Of a stretch of DNA of 64,000 bases, positions 12,801 through 24,800 are shown in pieces. The stretch comes from Pristiophorus japonicus (Eukaryota): NCBI RefSeq assembly GCF_044704955.1, contig NC_091993.1, positions 7,688,001 through 7,752,000 of the forward strand, in the 5' to 3' direction. The position numbers and the translations under genes were made by a program. The first letter of the stretch is position 1. Each line of letters opens with the position of its first letter. The notes below the pieces were generated by a model that searched no databases, was not told where the DNA came from, and was given only the letters and a program-made list of their open reading frames with translations.

Positions 12801-15800
12801 TTTGGTTGAGTATTATGAAACAGAATATCAACAGATAAGTAAATGTCTTATGTTGAATGCTATGAATTTTAAAAAATCACCCCTGAATCCCTATGAAAAA
12901 CAAGAATCCACTTCAATGAGTGTTGCAACAAATTCATCTGAAAAAAGTGATAATCTCCATGCAGAACAAAATAATCACAAGACCCTATATTAAAAAAAAA
13001 GCAGCAATTCAAACTCCTGTGATGAGGTGGGAGTCGCATGGAGCTGTGTGAAGAATGGAAACATCTGTGAGAGCCTCGGAGATGACAGTATGAAGATTAA
13101 TCTGTGGCCAGTGAGCCCAAGGTGGGACATTTATGTGACTAATGGTGTGTAGCACTAAATCACAATGAGGCGGTGAGAGTGAAATTAATTCCCAGCATTA
13201 CTGTATTGTAATAAATCCTTCTAAGAAATAATATTATTTTAAAAGTTCACACTGCAAGAGCTCTGTGGAAAATAATTGCAAGGAGTGAGAATAGCAAAGA
13301 GCATCCCTGAGACAAGCAATGTGACGGCGGTGAAAATATGTCACAAATGTGAGCATCATGTGTATCACACTGATTAATAAATGTCATTTTAGTTGTGAGA
13401 ACTTAGAGGGTTGTGACAAGTTGCAAGTACTCAAGAAAAAGTTTGCAGTCATGTTTATTTAAAAACAAATTCAGCCAGTGTTTGCCAAGCACAGCTATTT
13501 TATTTTCATTCTTTAATCTAATATCCCCCACCCTATTTATACAGTTCTCAGTTAGGACACTGTCTTTCTCATAACATGACCAGCTCTGCAAGCTCTATTT
13601 TTTTAATATGTAATACAAGGCATTCACTTTAATATATTAAATATTAAATATATCAAATAAGAATTGTAAAATGCTTACATTTTGCCTCCCACATCTTTTA
13701 TGCTCAGTACCTGACTCATCCTCCTGAAAATGAGCAAAAGCTACAATAGGTAAGTTTCTTTTTCCTGCTCATCTGTTTCATAACATCTGCATCTAAAAGT
13801 GAGGATCAACAACCTCTTAGTTTCTGGCAAAGTCTCTACCAGAAGGCAGGATTCCACCCCTGTGTCCTGGCCAATATTTATCCCTTAACCAACATCACTA
13901 AATCAGATTATCTGGTCATTAGCGTATTGCTATTTGTCGGATCTTGCTGTGCAACATTCCAACATAAAAGGAGCGGTGAGCAGCGGCCTGGGAGCAGCGT
14001 GGAGGCACGCCATTTCAGGGAGCAGCGCGAGCTGCGACGGCAGCGAAGAGTGACGTCATCAAGATCCAGGTCGGTGATTGGAGCGTGGCCAGATACAGCA
14101 GGAGCGGCGAGATCGGGGTGAAGGAGCGGCGAGAGACGGTAGAGGGACGTGATCGGGGCCCAGGGGAGGCGTGAGTTCGGGGCCAGGGGCCCAGGGGGCA
14201 GCACGGGCCCAGCCCACACTGTGCGATATGTGCGCGCACTGGGTCCGTGCAGCAGAGCAGGTCTCCAGTCGTCTTGGGTAATCCTTGCCACTGGACCAAG
14301 ACCCGGCTCTGTCAAGCCCGTGTGGTGGCTGGTGTGCAACGGTCACCCCACGTTAAAAAAATCCACGCACGGTCATCTTCCACCCTTGAGGATGTAGTTC
14401 AGGACCTGGAATATTAGGTCCTTCATTGGGACACCTGTGAATTTATCCTTTTTTTGGCGTGGAAGCAAGTCATCCTTGTTTCGAGGGACCACCTATGATG
14501 ATGACATTACAACTGTACTTAATTGGCTGTAAAAGGCTTTGGGACGTCCAGAGGTCGTGTAAGGCGCTTTTGTGCTGGATTTTCCTTTTTCTTTTTCAGC
14601 CAGTGGTAATTCAGAATGACACTGAAACTGGTCACATCTGGCAATAGCCCATTATTCCGAGTGCTGAAAAGCAATGGGTTAGAAATTGGAACCTTTAGCG
14701 CCGGTCGGCATCGCCGGTTTTGAAGACAAAGCGCCTGCCGCGGCACTTCTGCCCACTTCCTGCACGGAACGCAGCCGCCACGTTGGGCAGGTTGCAGGCG
14801 CTCGCCTCAAATATTTTAATGATCAAGAGCGTGACGTCACATTGGCGTGCAACGCCGAATGGACGCACGCTGAGCAAATCTGGATGTTGCTGCTCCTTGT
14901 AACGCCCTCTCCAAAGCTCGCTGGTGCGTGCAGTCGTTGGACCCGAGAGAAAGCGGGGATCTATAGATCCCGCAGTCTTCAGTAACTGTGCAAAATATGT
15001 GCAGCCCCACCAAACCCAGGCTCTGTGACTGATCACTGCTTCAAATAACTTTGACATTGTTTGCACTAGATGGTGACACATGTAGCATGAGTTTTTATAA
15101 CTTCAGGTATTCCGAGCATCATACTGCTAGAATGATTCCACCCAAATTGCAGTCATTTAATAGTTAATGATGACTTTTTTTGATTAATAATTGTACTTGG
15201 CCGATGAGCCGGCTAAATATCTGAGAGTGTCAACCTGATTTACAGGTTGAGCGGCTGAAATCGGGAGTTCCGAAATTCGGAATGTTCCGTAATCCGGACA
15301 CCGGGCCGATTCGTGGCGGGGTCGTCCGGAAACCGGGAAATGTTCCGAAATCCAGACTCCCCCGCCTTGGCGACCTGACCTCGCCCAGGCCCTCGACAAC
15401 CCGAGCTCTTCCCCCCCCACTTACCTCGGTGGCCCTACCTCACCCCGGCCCAACCTCGCCCCAGCTCTCGGCGGCCCGACCTCACCTCACCTCCTTACCT
15501 CGGCCCAGCTCTCGGCGGCCCGACCTCACCTCACCTCCTTACCTCGGCCGCCCGACCCTGCACGACACCCCCCCCCCCGACCCCACCTACCTCAGCCCAG
15601 GCAAAGACGTTCCGAGATCCGGAAATACCCGGAATGGCCTTGGTCCCGAGGTTTCCGGATTTCGGACGTCACACCTGTATACATAGATTTCAGCCAAACT
15701 GCAGATTGCATTCTTTAAAATCTAACAGTTTAGTGTGCTTAGGCTTTGCTTTACTTTGGATACCATCTCTGTCAACCTGCAGAACACTTTTTATGGGCTG

Positions 15801-18800
15801 GAATTAACCTTGGTCTGTGGTGGCACTGCCCGTTTTTGGGCTTTATTGAATTTTTAGGCCACTGTCTTTATCTCTGAACATCAATGATAGTGAACTAACA
15901 CTCAGTCTTGGAGACGAGGAGAACAATAAGCCTGCCATATCATTATCTATCTTATTATCACTGGCAACAATGAAGTCAGACAGAAGGTAGCAATGTCTCC
16001 TGTGGTCCTGGATTCTGCAGCTATTTTCGGAGTAGGACGTTCTATTGCTGGTGAGCAATTTTTTTGGCAATGTTTTTCTTTCTCCAAGCAAAGTTTTAAA
16101 TCCTGGATATTTATTGCATAGGTGATGTTATTATCTGCTACTCCCCAATATTCAAACAGCAGTGACATGGAATATCTATTTGGTAAACCACAATATTTCT
16201 TTAAAGTTCTTCAGCCAAGAGAAACATTTAGATTTGGGATGAATAATTATTTGTGTCTAGCAAAGCCAGATGCAAATTTAATACTATCCATATTGCATTA
16301 TATTGGTATACACTTCCTGTCATATTACACCTGCAGATTTGTAATTATTCATTTAGGTCATACTCTAAAGCTAACTCATAGGAACAGGAGTAGGCCTCGA
16401 GGAGGGGCATTTCCTTAGATCGTTACTTTTAGTAATATTGCAAATGAGTTTGTTGCTCAGCATTTCCCATTTCCTAACAGCACTGTGGGAGTACCTTCAC
16501 CACACGGACTGAAGTGGTTCAAGGCGGCGGCAATTAGGGATGGGCAATAAATGCCGGCCTTGCCAGCAACGCCCACATTCCGTGAATGAATAAAACAAAA
16601 CCACAAATAGCAAATGGTAGGGATTGCTACACAGTAACCAAGAGTAGGAATCACGGCCCGATGCTGTGCCTGACCTGGAACATCCTCATTAACACTGGAT
16701 GTCAAAGGTGGGAAAATGACCCATTTCAAAAAATGACATATGTTACTTTGGGTAAAAAGAAATCACTTAAGCAAATATAAAATGCAGTATATTATTATGT
16801 GATCGGTGTTTTATTTATTTCCAATATCAGACTATGACATGACGTTGCCTCGTACCTCTGCATCATCTGTAGTTTAAAGTGGTCTGCCTTTCGTTGGGCT
16901 TCAAGCTGCTGAACTTGTGTTGATAGATCTTTCCTTATGACCTGAAAATTGCTCACTGTGCGTAAAAAAATAAATATTTTGAAGCTACAAAGAACCTTTG
17001 CATATGAATTTTGAAATTATGGCTGAGAAATCAATTTTAGCAATAAGGCTAATGCTGGCAGGATTTCTGTATTATCGTCCAGTAAAGTGTGCTCATTTCC
17101 CACTTAATTTAAAATGACTGCTAATACATGGAGGATACCATGTACAAAATGCACTTTCCCTTTGCATTCTCCCAGTTGTGCTAGTTGTTGGTGTACCAAA
17201 TTGGGCTCATCATATGTCAAGTGCTGCATCAAATCAACATGTTCCTGAAGTTGAGTATATAAAGAAAGAAAGACTTTATATAGCACTTTACATGACCACC
17301 AGACATCTCAAAGCACTTTACAGCCAATGAAGTACTTTTTGAAGTGCAGCCACTGTTGTTATGTAGGCAAAAGTAGGAGGCAAATTGCTCACGCAGCAAT
17401 CTGATAACATGTTTTGGTGATGCTAATTAAGGGATAAATGTTGGCCAGAACTCTGGGAGAACTCCCTGCTCTTTTTCAAATAATGCTGTGGAGTTTGTTT
17501 TACATCCACCTAAGAAGCAGACCGAGTCTCTGGTTAACATCTCATCCAAAAGGCTCTGACAGTGCAGCACTCATTCAGTACTGCACTGAAGTGACAGCCG
17601 AGATTATTTGCTGAAGTCACTGGAGTGGGGCTTGAACCCTCACTTTTCTGACCAGAGGAAGTGTGCTACCCTGAACCAAGGCTGCTACATAGTCTCGGGC
17701 ACAGCAATTGTGTGGACCACAGATAGAGGTATATAGCTCTCCCTCCTCAAGACCATCTGTCTGACACTAAATGAACATACATCGTGCAGCTCGGTTGGCT
17801 TACAATGATTTCTTGTGTGAAGCTCGTTTAGGATCTTTTAGTGTCCGTGCAGTTTGTTCATTCTATTTCTCCCATGTTTGGTATGGCCATGCATGGTAGT
17901 ATTCACGGCCTCACTCAAGTGCCGGTGCTGCTTTCCTATGGCAGTACTGCACTGGTTAACCTTCTACCACTAGTTAGCATGATTCAGTACAAAATAACTT
18001 ACACATTTTGTTGGTAAAGTTTGTGGTATTGCTACTTGCAGCATGTCCAAGTAAGTTGGGTTTCTTGTTACAGCCTTCACTCTAAATGCAACGTGGCCAC
18101 ATGTTTTCTCAAGTAGACAGTTCTGGGAATGGTGCCCACATGTACCATAGAGGACTTTGTTCCGCTATCTGACTTCTTGGATAAGTACCCTATCACCTGG
18201 TAATCAAATCAGTTCTTCTATGACCTGCGTCGTACAGAGTTAAACACCTGCCCTGGTCTATCCTATGTTACTGCAGGGGTTTGAAGTAACGAGTTGCTGG
18301 GTCACATTATTAGGCTGCCATTCCATTGGTCAATCTGCTCTGCAAGTATTATAGTGCATGATTTACGCCTGCTTCAAAACCTGGGAGTTTACAAGCAGGC
18401 TTTTATAGTCCCAAAAGCTTTCATTAACACTAAACACTCAATAGAACACCAACAGCAGTTTCTAGGCTTATATTTAGCACAGGTAGTTCCTTTACAGTTA
18501 GCATCTAATTATATCATTATGGATCTGTGCCAAAATGATTTAGTTATAAAATCTATATGTTTTTAAAGTTTTACATAAATTGAAGCAAGGAGGAAAGAAG
18601 CATCTTGACTGAGAGCAGTGGTTACTATCACTAGATGGTCCTTTCCTCCTGACATGAAAGTGTTGAGCTAGATTTATGTCCATTTCACACACATGCATAT
18701 GTGGATTCTTCTAGCATTAAAATTCTTGTGCACGTGCTCAAAATGGAATTCTGGGCTGGCTGAAATCAGTAGGGGCTTCACATTCCACACCTGCTTTTCT

Positions 18801-21800
18801 GTCATCTCCTCCGCGACCCCCACCCTGCCCTCATATATATTTGGTCATGTTCACAGATAAGACCTGCTTCACATACAGTGTACTGTTGCACTCCAAGTCA
18901 TAGTCAAGATCTTCACTGAGGAGTACAAACGCATGGGCCTTACACTAAGCATCCGTAAGACAAAGGTCCTCCACCAACCTGACCCCGCCACACAGCACTG
19001 CCCCCCAGTCATCAAGATCCATGGCGTGGCCCTGGACAATGTGAGACACTTTCCATACTCGGGAGCCTATTATCAGCAAGGGCAGACACCAACGACGATG
19101 TTCAACACCGCTTCCAGTGCGCCAGCGCAGCCTTCGGCCGCCTGAGGAAGAGAGTGTTCGAAGATCAGTCCCTCAAATCTGGCTCCAAGCTTACGGTCTA
19201 CAGGGCTGTAGTGATACCCGCCCTCCTGTACGGCTCAGAGACATGGACCATATACAGTAGACACCTCAAATCGCTGGAGAAATACCACCAATGATGTCTC
19301 CGCAAGATCCTGCAAATCCCCTGGGAGGACAGACACACCAACATTAGTGTCCTCGATCAGGCCAACATCCCCAGCATCGAAGCACTGACCACACTCGATC
19401 AGCTCTGTTGGGCGGGCCACATTGTTTCGCATGCCTGACACAAGACTCCCAAAGCAAGCACTCTACTCTGCACTCCTACACGGCAAGCGAGCCCCAGGTG
19501 GGCAGAGGAAACATTTCAAGGACACCCTCAAAGCCTCCTTGATAAAAATGCAACATCCCCACTGACACCTGGGAGTCCCTGGCCAAAGACCACCCTAAGT
19601 GGAGGAAGAGCATCCGGGAGGGCGCTGAGCACCTCGAGTCTCGTCGCCGAGAGCACGCAGAAACCAAGCGCAGGCAGTGGAAGGAGCGTGTGGCAAAGCT
19701 GTCCCACCCACCCTTTCCTTCAACGACTGTCTGTCCCATCTGTGACAGAGACTGTAATTCCCGTATTGGACTGTTCAGTCACCTAAGAACTCACTTTTAG
19801 AGTGGAAGCAAGTCTTCCTCGATTTCGAGGGACTGCCTATGATGATGACTGTTGCACTGCTCTTTTGGAGCTGAATATTGAACAAAACAAAGTCAACTTT
19901 TAACCAGTTCAATCCCCCTTATTTCCCTCTTATTCCCTTCCTTTGCTTTCCCTCTCCTGAAGATGTTGAGCAATGGTCTGCTCCCATAGCCATCACAGTT
20001 CAACATTAAAGTGACCAATTTCCCTAATCGATACATCTTCATAGGGAGTGGCAGTAGGCCATAGAGACCATCACAGCCACCATACATCATGGCCTTGTCT
20101 GACATCCACATACAGAGGTTGCTGGATAGTGACTGGAACCTTGGCTGATTTCTGCTTGGGACATTGTAGCACTACCACTGCAGATGAGAATAGCTATCTG
20201 AGCCCTTTCTCGATCTATGCAGCTCAAAGACACACTATATAATGCAGTTACCCATCCGGAGGGCGGGGGTGTTGGAGGACGGGAAAGCAAAAAAAAAAAA
20301 TCATAATTGTTTGAAAAGGACTCTATCCGTTCAGCTGTGGCTCAGTGGGGAGCACTCTTGCCTCTGAGTCAGAAGGTTGCCGGTTCAAGTCCCACTCCAG
20401 AGAGTTGAGCACAAAAATCTAGGCTGACACTCCAGTGCAATACTAAGGGAATACTGCACTGTTAGAGGTGCTGTCTTTCAGATGTACATTAAACTGAGAC
20501 CCCATCTGCTCTCTTAGGTGGATGTAGTAAGATCCCATGGCACTGTTTTGAAGCAGAGCAGGGGAGTTATCCCCGGTGTCCTGGCCAATATTTATCCCTC
20601 AATCAACATCACTAAAAGAGATTATCTGGTCAAGATCACATTGCTGTTTGTGGGAGCTTGCTGTACACAAATTGACTTCCGTGTTTCCTACATTACAACA
20701 GTGACTACACTTCAAAAAGTACTTCATTGACTGTGAAGCGCTTTGAGACTCCCTGAGGTTGTGAAAGGTGCTATAGAAATGCAAATATTTCTTTTTTTCT
20801 CTTCGGCTACATATTTTGAGGTATGCTCCTCAATGTTAAATCAAGAGAATTAGTTGCTGAATGGGCGAAAGAATGTGCTTTCTAAAATGCTCTTAAAAAC
20901 TGTTGCTCTTTGTGGCTATTTTAAACAAATAAGTAATGAGACTCTTACCAATTTGTCTATTCAACGTGGTAATGCTTAACTCAAAAAATACACAAGTGTT
21001 TTGCTTACCCATTATTCCAACAATTATATTTCTGAATATGAAGGAGCCAATCAGAATCCAGGACAATATATAAATCCCAGTTGCAACTTTGTCAACTTCC
21101 TCTACTTTCCATATATCTAAGAGCAGATCATTCCAATTGTCCAAGGTAAATAGCTGAAAAAGGGTCTGGAATGTGTGCAGCACATCACTGGTAAAAAATA
21201 ATCAAAATAAAATAAAGCTACTTGTTTTCTACTACATAATATTAATGCAAACAAAAACATATATTTCTTGCCCCAATCTTTCTTCCCTTATGTATCATTG
21301 ATCATCTTCCTGCTTGTCACTGTTTTTATCTACATCAGTGGTTGAACTAACCAGGAAAGTTAAAAGTCAGACAACAGTTAAATAGCATTGATAATTTATC
21401 CCCTTGTTCACTGACCCACCTATATCCCGAAGACCTGGTAGTAACCCCTCAACAACCAGAGAAATGAGAACTGCAGAACTGCCAGTAATCTATCTTTACT
21501 GCCACAGCGAAGGCCAAAATCAAGTAGCTTAAAGTAGCAGCATTTATCCCACCAGCTGGAAAGCTGTCTCTGGATTCACAGAAAGCCCTTGGACTTGCAA
21601 TCTGCTCTTTGGCAATCTATTCAAACACTGTTTTCAGCGCAGGGACCTGGCTCCGCCCCCAACAGCTCGCGCTGCGCTGCGCCCAGCTGCAAACGACCTG
21701 CAGGGAGCCGGAGAATCTGGAGGGTTTTTTTTAGGCGCACTTTGTGGCGCGAAAAACAGGCGTCCAGGTCGGGACTGTGCCGTTCTAGGCGCGGCTCGAA

Positions 21801-24800
21801 ACTTGGGCCCTTTAGGTGCATCTCAGAAAAGTGTATACTCTGATAACTGGGTGGTCCTACAACATTCATTGCCAGAGACCTATGAAAGATTATTTTTAAT
21901 ATCTAATCTATGGGCACCGTTGCTCAATAATCAAGCAAATCTCATTCTGGAACTGTCCTGTTGGTATAGTAGTTGAATTACAAGTTTCAGGATACATAAA
22001 CACAAAAGTAAAATGCTGCAGATACAGGAAACTGAAATAAAAACAGAAAATGCTGGAAATCTCAGCGGGTCAGGCAGCGTCTGGACAGAGAGAGAAACAG
22101 AGTTAACGTTTCAGGTCGATGACCTTGCGTCAGAACTGGCAATAGTTCAAAATGTAACAGATTCTTAAGGAAGTCTTCTTTTTCTTGTTAAGCAGCCTCT
22201 TGGAGTCGAGGATGGCTTGCTTTCACACTAATGTGAATCCTCAGGTGACTGATGAAGTGCTGGGGCCCTGAAAGGGGGGTGGGGGAGCGGGGGGTGGGGG
22301 GGGTGGAAAGAACACCCCAAAATATTTTTATTTTGTTTCTCTCTGCTTCCCGTGGCAGCTAGTAATCATGCCGCCATTCACACCCTATCTAAACTCATCT
22401 TTTGTTTCCTAACTTGTGCTATTACCATCTCAATTCGGCCCATCATCCCCTTTGTCTCTCAAATCTCTTCTGCCTTCCACCCTATCACAGACCTTCCCTT
22501 GTGATTCTTTCCACAACCCCCTCGCCCCTCCTCCTTTCAGGCCCTCAGTACTTCCTTAAGAATCGGTTACATTTTAAACTATTGCCAATTCTGACGAAGG
22601 GTCATCGACCTGAAACGTTAACTCTGTTTCTCTCTCCTCAGATGCTGTCTGACCCACTGAGATTTCCAGCATTTTCTGTTTTTACTTCATGCTACATAAT
22701 ACTGGATTCAGGGAACTTGGGCTAACTGTAATATGATGCTTGGTTGTAAATGTACCATGTTGGTACCTTCACTTCCTTATCCTATATGAGAGAACGGTGT
22801 ACGCCAATGATCCAAGGGAAACTGTTGGAATAGGGGCGGATTTGAGAACGTGTTTGCAGGAGTAGAGTTCTGTATGCATTGACAAACTCAGAAATCAGGT
22901 ACAACATCACATTTTCACTCATTTTACTGTTCATTTCACTTTGCTCTCTGGAGAAAATGTGATTGATTTTTTATTAAAGTAGAGGGACTGTGTTGAGATT
23001 ATGCCATCGTGTGAACAATGCAGAGAAAGCTATCACTCATGGCTAACTAGTGGTATAGCTGGCCCAGAGTATTGATGGTGAGATTGGGTTTATTGCCTTT
23101 TAAATGATTTAGGAGACTCACGTGAGGCAGGAAATTTTTGGTTAAGAAAGAAATTCCTCACAATTCTAGATAATCTCTAATTAGGTTGAATTAACTCCAA
23201 ACAGTTGCCATACTAATCAAATGCGCAAAGGGTTACGTTTTTTTTTAACAAAAAGCAAAATCAATACAATTTTTCAGAGTTTTTGAAATGCAATTACCGA
23301 AAAGCTGAGTGGTAATCATGTCCCGTTCTATCAGATTCTGTGTAACTCCGAAAAAGTGACACTCCGACTATTGCAAAAAAGTAAGCAAATATCAACACCA
23401 ACAGCAAGATGAAAGAAATTGCCTAGAATAGATAAAACATTGATTGTCAATTTGGAGCACACATAGGTAAGTACATCATAGCACCTGTCCTTAGTTTTAT
23501 ACATATTGTGGAAACTAACCAAAGTACACAGGGAGCAGATGGCAACATTATCACAGTGATGTCAAGATATGTTAAAATCACTACCTGTTCTGAATAGCTT
23601 GCAACTCCAGGAAGACATTAAAAGAAGTACAATGGCCCTGAGTTTCTTTGAGACCTGGGGCATGCTTCCAGGTTAAAGTGGCCAAGAGTGCAGCAGAAGA
23701 GATGGAAAATCAGGCAGCATCCAGAAATGCTGGATTTACATCCTAAAGAAGCGCATGGCAAAATCCCGCTGAGGTGTGGTATGGACGGAACTTACGTCTG
23801 CCCTCCAGAAGGTCCATGATGTTGGAAGAGGCATGGCCTCCATAGCAAGAATTCCTACAACTTCCAATTCCTGAGAGCTTATAAATCTGGAAGCTAGCAA
23901 GAAACCATTGTGGAGGGGTGCAAATGGAGCCCACTGAGGTTTCAGAACAATGTCATGCCCTGGACATGCCTGAACAAAAGCAGACCATTCAAGCCTGTTC
24001 CACAATTTAATTAGATCATGGCTGATCTGTACCTCAACTCCATTTACCTGCCTTTGACCCATGTTCCATTATCCCCTCATATAACAAAAATCTAGCAATC
24101 TTAGTATTGAAAATTTCAATTCACCCAGCATCCACAGCCTTTTAGGGAAGAGATGTTCCAGATTTCCATTGCCTTCTGTGTGAAAAGATGCTTCCTGATT
24201 TCACTCCTATATGGCCTTGTTCTAGTTTTAAGATTATGCCCTCTTGTTCTTGATTCGTCCCACCAATCATTTCGCTGGATCTCCCCCACCGCCACCCACC
24301 CCGCCCCTCCCCAACCCCCATAATTTCCCTTTATCATTATAAATACGTTGAATAGATCATCCTTCAACCTTCTAAATGCTAAAGGAAATACGCCAAGGTT
24401 ATGCAAGCCGTCCTCGTAATTTAATTCTCAAGTCCTGGTACTATTCTGGTCATTGAATATATTTAAGGTGGAGATAGACAGATTTTTGAACGATAAGGGA
24501 GTGAAGGGTTATGGGGAGCGGGCAGGGAAGTGGAGCTGAGCCCAGGATCAGATCAGCCATGATCTTATTAAATGGCGGAGCAGGCTCGAGGGACCAAATG
24601 GCCTACTCCTGCTCCTTTTTCTTATGTTCTGCACTGTACTCCCTCCAAGGCCAAAATATATTTTCTGAGGTGTGGTGCCCAAAACTAAATATAGTACTCC
24701 AGATGGGGTCTGACCAATGCTCTACGCATGTGAGACATCACTTCCTCAATTTTGAATTCCACCCTTCTTGAGATAAATGGCAATGTTCCATTAGCTTTAT

